Assembly (NCBI GenBank): GCA_025453955.1
Contig: JALOPJ010000003.1
Span: forward strand, 1 to 57,468
DNA: 57,468 nt
Source of the DNA: Candidatus Edwardsbacteria bacterium
GTDB taxonomy: Bacteria > Edwardsbacteria > AC1 > EtOH8
Direction of reading: 5' to 3'
The position numbers and the translations under genes are program-made. The notes beneath the pieces are model-generated. The model was not told the origin of the DNA, did no database searches, and worked only from the letters and a program-made list of their open reading frames with translations. Below are positions 50,122 through 57,468 of this stretch, in pieces. Positions within the stretch are counted from its first letter, which is position 1, and each line of letters begins with the position of its first letter.

Positions 50122-51309
50122 TTATCCGGCGAGATCGACGATCCTGCGCTCCCACCCCGGCTGATAGAGTTCGTCGCTCACCAGGGCGGATCCGTTCCCG
50201 CCCCGGCGGGCGGCCAGCACCGCGAAGGCCACCGTGCCGATGCCGCCGCGCTCCAGGCCGTCGCGGTACATCCGGTAGGTGCGGCGGTACGTCTCGAGGT
50301 CGCGCGGGCCGGACTTGCGCAGGGCCTCGTTCAGCGCGTACTCATCGGCGCTCCAGTGCTCGGCGTGCCGGACGACCAGCGTCCGGTACTCTCCCGCCGG
50401 GAACTGCCGAGCCACCCAGTCCTGGATGTCCCGGTCGTCCCGGTATCCCAGGTGCAGCGAGCAGAGCAACAGGCCGCCGTCGGCCAGCCGCGGCAGGGCG
50501 CCGGCGATGGCCGGCTCCACCACCTCGCGGCCGGCCGTACCCCCCTCCCGGTTCCAGGCCCGCACCAGCCCCGGCGCCGATGGCGGATTGGCCAGGATCA
50601 GGTCGTGATGTTCCTGCCCGAGTCCGGCGTAGAGGTCGCCCTGCCGGAACTCCGCGTTCGCCGCGCCGTTGAGCCGGGCGTTGAACCGGGCGACGTTCAC
50701 CGCCCGGGGGTTGATGTCCGTCCCCGTGATCCGGCCGGCCCGGCCCGCCAGCAGCAGCGACAGCGCCCCCGAGCCGCAGCAGGGTTCCAGCACGCTGCGC
50801 CATCCCCGGCGGGGCAGGGCCCGGGCCATGATCCTGGTGGTGCGGTCCAGCCGCCACACCGCGTTCTCGGAGGACAGACCTTCGGCGGTGAATCCCGGGT
50901 CCGCGTTCATGAACAGCTTGTCGCTGACGACCTGAAGGTGCTGGAACGGGACGACGGACAGCAAGGCGTGGAACATCCCCTCCTGCTCGACCGCCAGGCC
51001 GGCCCGCAGCATGAAATCGACGCTGCGGTCTGCCAGCGCCGCGCACAGGGGCTGGGAACGGACCGGCAGGCCCAGCAGCAACAGCTTCACCGCTACGGCG
51101 CGGGGGCGAGATGACGACTCCAGCCGGTCCAGCAGGACCGGCAGCAGGCGGTAGTCGAGCGGGTACAGCGCCTCGACCGACGGCACGCCCAGCTCGGCGG
51201 CGGCCTCCGCCGGCGCGTAGCCGATGCCGGCCAACTCCTCGCGGAAGGCCGCGAAGTCGGCATCCCCTGCCCAGTCCCACTGCAGGGGGTTCTCGAGACT
51301 ATTGCCCAT
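50122..51309 (-). CDS. Class I SAM methyltransferase (NPP motif) with long N-terminal domain
   Basis: LEPCCGSG, TDINPRA, GDLY, ILANPPS. Confidence 0.85.
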   Translation of the reverse strand: MGNSLENPLQWDWAGDADFAAFREELAGIGYAPAEAAAELGVPSVEALYPLDYRLLPVLLDRLESSSRPRAVAVKLLLLGLPVRSQPLCAALADRSVDFMLRAGLAVEQEGMFHALLSVVPFQHLQVVSDKLFMNADPGFTAEGLSSENAVWRLDRTTRIMARALPRRGWRSVLEPCCGSGALSLLLAGRAGRITGTDINPRAVNVARFNARLNGAANAEFRQGDLYAGLGQEHHDLILANPPSAPGLVRAWNREGGTAGREVVEPAIAGALPRLADGGLLLCSLHLGYRDDRDIQDWVARQFPAGEYRTLVVRHAEHWSADEYALNEALRKSGPRDLETYRRTYRMYRDGLERGGIGTVAFAVLAARRGGNGSALVSDELYQPGWERRIVDLAG

Positions 51310-51332
51310 TGCGCCTCGTCATTCCCGCATTC

Positions 51333-51433
51333 GTCATCTTGAGCGGCGCGCCCCGCCGTGCCCGCGGAAGATCGTCGCTCGTTCCTCGGATAGATTCTTC
51401 GCAGGTCAGGCACGGGGACTGCCTCAGAATGAC
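51333..51433. repeat. Palindromic intergenic repeat, copy C
   Basis: GTCATCTTGAG...CTCAGAATGAC; shares GTCAGGCACGGGG with copy D. Confidence 0.75.
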
Positions 51434-51485
51434 GGCGGCAGAAAATGGCGCGAGGCGCCAACTGATGCTGAGGCCTCGCCGGCCG

Positions 51486-52898
51486 TTATTCCCCGAACTT
51501 CTTCCGCCGGACCGTCTGGCCCCGCGGCGTGTCCTCCACCACGAACCCCTGCGCGGCGATCTCGTCGCGCAGCCGGTCGGACTCGGTCCACTGCTTGGCG
51601 GCGCGGGCCTGCTTGCGCTGTTCCAGCAAGGCGGCGATGGCCGGCGGCACCTCGTCGCCCGACGGCAGGTCGAGCAGCTTCAGCCCCAGCACCGTGTCGA
51701 ACTCACGCACCAGGGCCAGCCTGGTGACCGCGGACGTCCCGTTGTCCTTCAGCAGGTCCCACAGCACGGCCAGCGCCTGCGGCATGTTGAGGTCGTCGTT
51801 GACCGAGTCCAGGAACTTCGACCGCCCCGCCGCCGCGGCCGGCCCGTCCGGCTCCCCCCCGCCGCCGGCGGCCAGCACCAGGCGGCCGACCTCGGCCCGC
51901 AGGTTCTCCAGCGCCCTCTGCGCCGCGGTCAGCGATTCCCAGGAGAACCTGAGCTGGGTGCGGTAGTGGCCGCCCAGGCAGAAGTAGCGGTAGGCCAGCG
52001 GGTCGTAGCCCTTGTCGGCCAGCAGCCGCAGCCGCAGGAACTCGCCCGAGCTCTTGGCCATCTTCTCCTCGCCCAGCTGCAGGAAGAAGCCGTGCAGCCA
52101 GTAATTGGCGAGCCTGGTGCCGTAGGCGGCCTCGGTCTGGGCGATCTCGTTGGTGTGGTGGACGGCGATGTGGTCCTCGCCGCCGCAGTGGATGTCGAAC
52201 AGGGTGCCCAGGTACTTGGCGGACATCGCCGAGCACTCGATGTGCCAGCCCGGGAACCCCTTGCCCCACGGGCTGTCCCACTCCATCTGGCGCTGGCTGC
52301 CTTGTGGCGAGAACTTCCACAGCGCGAAGTCGGTGGCGGAGCGCTTCTCCCCCATCTCCACGCGCGAGCCGGCCTGGATGCCCTCGATGTTGGCCAGCCC
52401 GGCCAGCGCGCCGTAGCCCGGCAGCTTCTTCGTGTCGAAATAGATGCCGTCGGACGTGCGGTAGGTGTAGCCGTTCTGCTCGATCAGCCGGATGGTCTCG
52501 ACCTGTTCCCTGATGTGCTCGGTGGCCTTGCACCAGACGGCGGGCTCCAGGATGTTGAGCGACCCCAGGTCGTCCCGGAAGGCCGCGGTGTACTCGGCCG
52601 CGATCTGCCAGGCGGTCTTGCCGGTGCGGCGCGCGCCCTTCTCCATCTTGTCCTCGCCGGAGTCGGCGTCGGACTCCAGGTGGCCGACGTCGGTGATGTT
52701 CATCACGTGCCGGACCGCGATGCCGTTGTACTCCAGCACCCGCCGCAGCGCGTCCTCGAAGACGTAGGTGCGCAGGTTGCCGATGTGGGCGTAGTCGTAG
52801 ACGGTCGGTCCGCAGGTGTACAGCCCGGCGTGGCCGGGCCGGATCGGCCTGAAGACCTCCTTGGTCCGGGTCAGGGTGTTGTAGAGCTTGATGTCCAT
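51486..52898 (-). CDS. cysS: Cysteine--tRNA ligase
   Basis: [32 protein letters not shown]; GAAGGAGG RBS. Confidence 0.98.
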   Translation of the reverse strand: MDIKLYNTLTRTKEVFRPIRPGHAGLYTCGPTVYDYAHIGNLRTYVFEDALRRVLEYNGIAVRHVMNITDVGHLESDADSGEDKMEKGARRTGKTAWQIAAEYTAAFRDDLGSLNILEPAVWCKATEHIREQVETIRLIEQNGYTYRTSDGIYFDTKKLPGYGALAGLANIEGIQAGSRVEMGEKRSATDFALWKFSPQGSQRQMEWDSPWGKGFPGWHIECSAMSAKYLGTLFDIHCGGEDHIAVHHTNEIAQTEAAYGTRLANYWLHGFFLQLGEEKMAKSSGEFLRLRLLADKGYDPLAYRYFCLGGHYRTQLRFSWESLTAAQRALENLRAEVGRLVLAAGGGGEPDGPAAAAGRSKFLDSVNDDLNMPQALAVLWDLLKDNGTSAVTRLALVREFDTVLGLKLLDLPSGDEVPPAIAALLEQRKQARAAKQWTESDRLRDEIAAQGFVVEDTPRGQTVRRKKFGE

Positions 52899-52919
52899 GG
52901 GACCTCCTTCGTACTGCCA

Positions 52920-52949
52920 ATTATATTGTTTACCGCGATATTTTGTCAA
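52920..52949 (-). promoter_or_regulatory. sigma70 promoter of cysS
   Basis: TTGACA-N18-TATAAT. Confidence 0.7.
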
Positions 52950-52980
52950 TGGAATAGTACATCACCGCGGGCCGGGCCAG

Positions 52981-53093
52981 GTCATTGGCCATACCTGCGA
53001 AAGCAGGGATCCATCCCCTCCCTCATATCACTCCGGCATTTTCCCTGGATCCCAGCCGGAGTTTATCCCATCGAAGGATGGGGCCGGGATGAC
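52981..53093. repeat. Related palindromic element between divergent promoters
   Basis: GTCAT...ATGAC ends, internal CCTGC-GAAA-GCAGG, GGGATCCA/TGGATCCC, CCCATC-GAAG-GATGGG. Confidence 0.65.
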
Positions 53094-53177
53094 CGCACGA
53101 CGAAAATGACATCGGACAAGTATCAACGGAACGCGGTGTCCATAGGTTCGCCCGGTCCGATTTTAACCCGATTTTGG

Positions 53178-53206
53178 TTGACAAGGGCTGCTAAATGTGA
53201 TAACGT
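53178..53206 (+). promoter_or_regulatory. sigma70 promoter of the plus-strand operon
   Basis: TTGACA-N17-TAACGT with extended TG. Confidence 0.6.
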
Positions 53207-53233
53207 TTTCAGATGTTTTCTTGATGCTGGAAC

Positions 53234-53401
53234 ATGAGAATTGAGGACTTGTTGCCGGGCCGGCTGCGTGTCCTGCTCTTTTGCCTGATGGTCGTGGCCG
53301 CCGGTATCTATCTCATCAGATCGCACATCGTTGTGCCGGGAATCATCACGATCGCGTGCGCGGTCGCATTCATCGTCATCACGACCAAGCTGGACAGTTA
53401 G
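53234..53401 (+). CDS. Small 55-aa two-TM membrane protein (not in the ORF track)
   Basis: MRIEDLLPGRLRVLLFCLMVVAAGIYLIRSHIVVPGIITIACAVAFIVITTKLDS; lies between promoter and next gene. Confidence 0.6.
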   Translation: MRIEDLLPGRLRVLLFCLMVVAAGIYLIRSHIVVPGIITIACAVAFIVITTKLDS

Positions 53402-53432
53402 AATCAAACCAATCGATACGGAGTGTACGACC

Positions 53433-53945
53433 ATGCCGGACATCAGCGACAAGCTCAGGTCCTTCCTGGAAAAGATGATGCGGGTGATCCCGGGGTACGG
53501 CGGATACGCCGAGCGCGAGGCCCGGCGCAACTCCGACAAGGTGCTGCGGGTGTTCCTGGCCGGGATGCTGCAACAGGCCAAGACGACGTTCGACGCCTTC
53601 ATCGCCGAGCTGACCACTCGGCCGGGCGGGCTGGACTTCATGACGCAGGCCGGCTCGGTCGCCAAGTCGCTGGAAAAGGCGGTCGACCGCCTCAAGTTCG
53701 CGGACTACGGCTACACCGGGTTCTTCGACGCCGAGCGGGTGCAGCAGCCGCAGCTGGACGCGCTCTACCAGTTCGACCGCGACCTGGCCGGCGGCATCAC
53801 CGACCTCAAGTTGAAGATCGAGAAGCTGTCCGCCGACAGCCCCGGCACGGTGGGCGACCAGCTGAAGGAGCTGCAGGCCGACCTGCGCCGCCTCGACGTC
53901 AAGATCGACGGGCGGCACGACGTCATCAACAGCAAGGCGGTGTGA
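53433..53945 (+). CDS. Hypothetical helical protein
   Basis: IPGYGGY..REARRNSDK..YGYTGFFDA..LYQFD; strong GC3 bias; GGAG RBS. Confidence 0.8.
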   Translation: MPDISDKLRSFLEKMMRVIPGYGGYAEREARRNSDKVLRVFLAGMLQQAKTTFDAFIAELTTRPGGLDFMTQAGSVAKSLEKAVDRLKFADYGYTGFFDAERVQQPQLDALYQFDRDLAGGITDLKLKIEKLSADSPGTVGDQLKELQADLRRLDVKIDGRHDVINSKAV

Positions 53946-53957
53946 CCTGCCCCTGCC

Positions 53958-54071
53958 GTCACCCTGAGACGACCCCCCGCCCCGCGGGTCGACGGGTGAC
54001 ATCCTTCCCTCGATTCGTCGGGCACGGAGCGATCCTTTGACTTGTCAGGCACGGGGTGATCTCAGGATGAC
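53958..54071. repeat. Palindromic intergenic repeat, copy D (inverted relative to A)
   Basis: GTCACCCTGAG...CTCAGGATGAC; reverse complement shares GTCATCCTGAGATC and AAGGATCGCTCCGT with copy A. Confidence 0.8.
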
Positions 54072-54129
54072 ATGACGCGGGACGACCTGATCCACTCGCC
54101 GAACAGCAAGAGCCAATAAGGAGTTTGCC

Positions 54130-55152
54130 ATGGCCACATTCATGGAAGTGATCGAGTTCCTCGACAACAGCGGCCTGCAGATGGTGCACCGCGTGCCCGA
54201 GGACGGCTCGGGCGAGGCCAAGATCGGCTCGCAGGTGGTGGTGCGCGAGAGCCAGCAGGCCGTGTTCTTCCGCGACGGCAAGGCGCTGGACGTGTTCGGC
54301 GCCGGCCGCCACACGCTGACCACCATGAACCTGCCGCTGCTGGCCGAGCTGGTCGGCAAGGCCTTCGACGGCAAGAGCCCGTTCCGGGTCGAGGTCTGCT
54401 TCGTCTCCACCAAGGTCTTCACCGACCTGAAGTGGGGGACGCCGGAGCCCATCCCCTTCCGCGACGCCGAGCTCCAGATGATCCGGCTGCGCTCGCACGG
54501 CATCTACTCCACGCGCATCACCGACCCCCGGCTGTTCGTCAACAAGATGGTGGGCACCCAGGGCTTCTACACCACCGAGCAGGTCGACAACTTCCTCAAG
54601 AGCATCATCTCCTCGCGGCTGGCCGACTACCTGGGCGAGAACTACAAGTCGATCTTCGACGTGGCCAGCCACTACGACGAGCTGGCCGCGGGGCTGAAGG
54701 CGCGCCTGCAGGAGGACTTCTCCAAGTACGGCCTGGAGACGGTCGACATCTACATCAACGCCATCACCCCGCCGCCCGAGGTCACCGCGCGGATGGACGA
54801 GCGGGCCGGCATGGCGGCGATCGGCGACATGAACCAGTACCTGAAGTTCAAGGCGGCCAACGCCATGGGCGACGCCGCCAAGCAGGAGGGCGGCGCCGCC
54901 GGCACCGGCGTGGGCATGGGCGCCGGCCTGGGCATGGGGATGATGATGCCCGGCATGCTGTCGCAGGCCATGGCCGCCGGCCCGATGCTGGCCTGCCCCA
55001 AGTGCGGGACCCAGAACCAGCAGACGGCCAGGTTCTGCTCCAACTGCGGCGGGCCGGTCGGCGCCGTCGCGGCGACGTCGCCCTGCCCCACGTGCGGCAA
55101 GCCGGTGCCGGCGGGCAGCAAGTTCTGCAACGACTGCGGGGCGAAGATCTAA
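54130..55152 (+). CDS. SPFH/Band-7 domain protein with double zinc ribbon (YdjI-like)
   Basis: GSQVVVRESQQAVF..G.HTL.T.NLP, KWGT..PI.FRD, Gly/Met linker, four CxxC. Confidence 0.9.
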   Translation: MATFMEVIEFLDNSGLQMVHRVPEDGSGEAKIGSQVVVRESQQAVFFRDGKALDVFGAGRHTLTTMNLPLLAELVGKAFDGKSPFRVEVCFVSTKVFTDLKWGTPEPIPFRDAELQMIRLRSHGIYSTRITDPRLFVNKMVGTQGFYTTEQVDNFLKSIISSRLADYLGENYKSIFDVASHYDELAAGLKARLQEDFSKYGLETVDIYINAITPPPEVTARMDERAGMAAIGDMNQYLKFKAANAMGDAAKQEGGAAGTGVGMGAGLGMGMMMPGMLSQAMAAGPMLACPKCGTQNQQTARFCSNCGGPVGAVAATSPCPTCGKPVPAGSKFCNDCGAKI

Positions 55153-55162
55153 AAAACACCCG

Positions 55163-55681
55163 ATGGCCATGACACAAGTGTCCAGCCATACAGGTTCAAG
55201 ATTTGGACTGCTGGCCCTGACCGCCGCCACGGTCCTGGCGGCATCCTGCCAGCGCCAGAGGAGCACCATGCGACCGGACCAACAGACCGAGCGCGCCGCC
55301 GTCGAGGCGGCCATCCGCGCCACCATCGGCTGGGCCAAGGACAAGGACTTCAAGCTGCTGTTCTCCACCATCGCCAACGACGGGGACTACCTGGAGGTCC
55401 AGCCCGGCAAGACCGTGACCCGCGGCTTCGAGCAGTTCCGCCAGTGCGAGACGTTCTTCGGCAGCCCGGATTTCAAGGCGGTGCGCTACGAGATCCGCGA
55501 CCTCACCATCACCTTCTCCCGCTGCGGCGACGTCGCCTGGTTCTACTGTGTGCTGGACGACATCAACGAGTGGAAAGGGAAACCGGCCAACTGGGAGAAC
55601 ACCCGCTGGACCGGCGTGCTGGAGAAGCGCGATGGCAGATGGGTGATGGCGCAGATGCACTTCTCGTTCGCCCAGGAATAA
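55163..55681 (+). CDS. SnoaL/NTF2-like lipoprotein
   Basis: LAASC lipobox, GDVAWF, TRWTGVLEKRDGRW..QMHFS. Confidence 0.85.
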   Translation: MAMTQVSSHTGSRFGLLALTAATVLAASCQRQRSTMRPDQQTERAAVEAAIRATIGWAKDKDFKLLFSTIANDGDYLEVQPGKTVTRGFEQFRQCETFFGSPDFKAVRYEIRDLTITFSRCGDVAWFYCVLDDINEWKGKPANWENTRWTGVLEKRDGRWVMAQMHFSFAQE

Positions 55682-55932
55682 TCACGGGCGTTCTTTCTGC
55701 CCGATCAGAAAGAACCAAAGAATCGCCGGGGCCGCAGGGCTCGGCATGATCACGACGACATTCGGGGAATGATGGCAATGTTCATCGTCCACCCCTCGCA
55801 ACAACCGGACTCCGCTGACGCTCTCGTCCTCATCGTAAAACGCTCTGCGCCCCCGGACCCCTCACCTGACGTCCTGCGGATTGACGCAGTCCATCAGGTC
55901 CGATCGGGAAATGCTCGAGGTGGGATTACCAG

Positions 55933-56334
55933 ATGGGAATGAAGGAACCTTCCGAGAAGGACTTCCTGGCCCTGACCGGCAAGCGCGCCGCGCTGTGGAC
56001 GGAGTTGCGGACCTGGCTGTCCGGGCACTATCCCCATTCGCCCGAACTGTCCGTCGGGAAGAAGGCGCACGACTGGACCATCCGCTACCGCAGGTCCGGC
56101 AGGACGCTGGTGACGCTGATGCCGGAGCCCGGCGGCTTCTGCGTGCTGGTGGTGCTGGGCAAGGACGAAGTCGTTGCGGCGAAGCGTCTCGAGTTGAACG
56201 CCGGCATCCGCGGCGCGCTCGACACCGCCAAGCAGTTCCACGACGGCCGCTGGCTGTGGATCCGGCCGAGGACCATGGGCGACCTGGATTCGATCAGGCG
56301 GCTGCTGGCGGTGAAGCGTCCCCCGTCGCCGTGA
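55933..56334 (+). CDS. DUF3788-like protein
   Basis: W.IRYR.SGRTLVTL.P, FHDGRWLW, LLAVKR. Confidence 0.8.
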   Translation: MGMKEPSEKDFLALTGKRAALWTELRTWLSGHYPHSPELSVGKKAHDWTIRYRRSGRTLVTLMPEPGGFCVLVVLGKDEVVAAKRLELNAGIRGALDTAKQFHDGRWLWIRPRTMGDLDSIRRLLAVKRPPSP

Positions 56335-56445
56335 TGGAACCCTGACAAGCGCGGCCCTGTCTCCTGCCGCATCGAACCCCCGCAATCCCGCGTCGCCAGA
56401 TGCGATCGACCGGAGCGCGGGACGCCGGCCACGAGAAGGAAATGA

Positions 56446-56856
56446 ATGAACCCACGCCCATTCTTGAAACCCAAGGTCCAGCCGGACGACAAGGCCCTGC
56501 GCGCCGCGCTGGGCAAGGCGTTCGCGTTCCATGCCAAGATCCTCAGGATGACGCGCGCCTTCCCCCGCCAGTGGGCGTTCTCCAAGAGCAGCGGCTGGAT
56601 GCTGAAGGTCCATGACGGGAAGAAGGCGCTGCTGTACCTGATCCCGCTGGCGGGCGGGCTGCGCGTCAGCCTGACGATGCGCGAGGACGAGCGGGCGCGG
56701 CTGATCGACGACGTGGAATTGACCGGCATGCGCCAGCGGATCTGGACGGCCCGCAGATTCACCGAGGGCTTCGCCCTGGTGTTCGAGATGCGCGGCGAGG
56801 CCGAGTTCAAGCCCTTCGCCGCCTTCCTGGCCAAGCTGATCGCCATGCGGGAATGA
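56446..56856 (+). CDS. DUF3788-like protein (second, divergent)
   Basis: W.FSKSSGW.LKV..KKAL.YLIP, FTEGFAL. Confidence 0.7.
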   Translation: MNPRPFLKPKVQPDDKALRAALGKAFAFHAKILRMTRAFPRQWAFSKSSGWMLKVHDGKKALLYLIPLAGGLRVSLTMREDERARLIDDVELTGMRQRIWTARRFTEGFALVFEMRGEAEFKPFAAFLAKLIAMRE

Positions 56857-57236
56857 CGCGGGCCGTGGAATCGACCATCCATTTCCTCTGCCCCGGCTGC
56901 GGCGCGACCGCGCTGGTGCGCGAGACGCCCGGCTCGTACGGGTGCGCGGCCTGCGGGCTCGATTACGTGGCGCTGGCGCGGGACAAGGAGCGGTTCGACG
57001 CGGCGCTGGTCGCGAACATGCGGACCGGCCTGGACGGCGTGCTGATGGCGCTGGCCCTGCACCAGCTCGCCGGCGGCCTCCCTCCCGCCCAGTCGGCGGA
57101 GCACGTCAGGGCGCTGGCGGAACGCAGCGGCATCGATATCCCCGAGTACCAGCGGCCCACGAACATCTTCCAGACGGTCCTGTGCCTGCTGGTCCCGTCG
57201 CTGGGAATCAAGAAGCGAACTTCGCGCCGATCATGA
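56853..57236 (+). CDS. Hypothetical protein with N-terminal zinc ribbon
   Basis: CPGC..CAAC; ATGA overlaps on both sides. Confidence 0.7.
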   Translation: MTRAVESTIHFLCPGCGATALVRETPGSYGCAACGLDYVALARDKERFDAALVANMRTGLDGVLMALALHQLAGGLPPAQSAEHVRALAERSGIDIPEYQRPTNIFQTVLCLLVPSLGIKKRTSRRS

Positions 57237-57468
57237 ACAAGACCATACCATTGATCCTGTCCGCGGTGATGTTCCTCACGTCCTCGACCTGCGACAAACG
57301 GAACCGACCGACGACCATGAGCGATCCCCGCGTCGACATCAAGCTGAACACCGATCAGGCCGCGGCGGTGCTGGCCATCCTGGACGACGCCTCGTCCGGC
57401 CAGGCCCCCGACTCCGCCATGTGGGGCAGGCTCTTTTCCTGCGAGCCCTATGTCCGCCTGAAACAGCG
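57233..57468 (+). CDS. Exported protein, partial (possibly DUF5700-like Zn protease)
   Basis: MNKTIPLILSAVMFLTSSTCDK..DQAAAVLAIL..WGRLFSCEPYVRLKQ; open to window end. Confidence 0.6.
   Translation, partial: MNKTIPLILSAVMFLTSSTCDKRNRPTTMSDPRVDIKLNTDQAAAVLAILDDASSGQAPDSAMWGRLFSCEPYVRLKQ

Noticed and set aside
53900-57468. Integron cassette array
   Set aside because: Spacers lack RYYYAAC...GTTRRRY attC ends, several genes overlap by ATGA, and no intI is present.

Overview
High-GC bacterial chromosomal segment with nearly all genes on the minus strand, probably from an anaerobe given the 2-oxoacid:ferredoxin oxidoreductase and Orp-like Fe-S genes. Housekeeping content: vor-type oxidoreductase genes, tRNA-Gly(CCC), a PAS-sigma54 activator, a double-cyclase/STAND ATPase, glmS-glmM, tRNA-Thr(CGT), lgt-rodA-mrdA-mreDCB, two ABC exporter operons, cysS and an SPFH operon. 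The main signal is at 10.8-32.0 kb, where two integrase-less cargo elements (about 13.6 kb and 7.5 kb) appear stacked in tandem in the anticodon loop of tRNA-Thr(CGT). The duplicated part is the 5' half of the tRNA, seen three times (10884-10928, 24507-24551, diverged at 32008-32045). Each element has homologous arms: one carries a terminator, a sigma70 promoter for the tRNA and GTGTCCA repeats. Each cargo is mainly one regulator-led operon: a Fur-led Orp-like Fe-S/sulfur cluster and a PadR-led efflux/metal cluster. The insertion separates mre/mrd/lgt from tRNA-glmM-glmS. Other points are a candidate self-activating sigma54 activator with an extra Ig-like C-terminal domain, a family of about 100-125 bp palindromic intergenic repeats, and an unannotated 55-aa membrane protein. 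All family calls are from motif recognition by eye; no searches were run.
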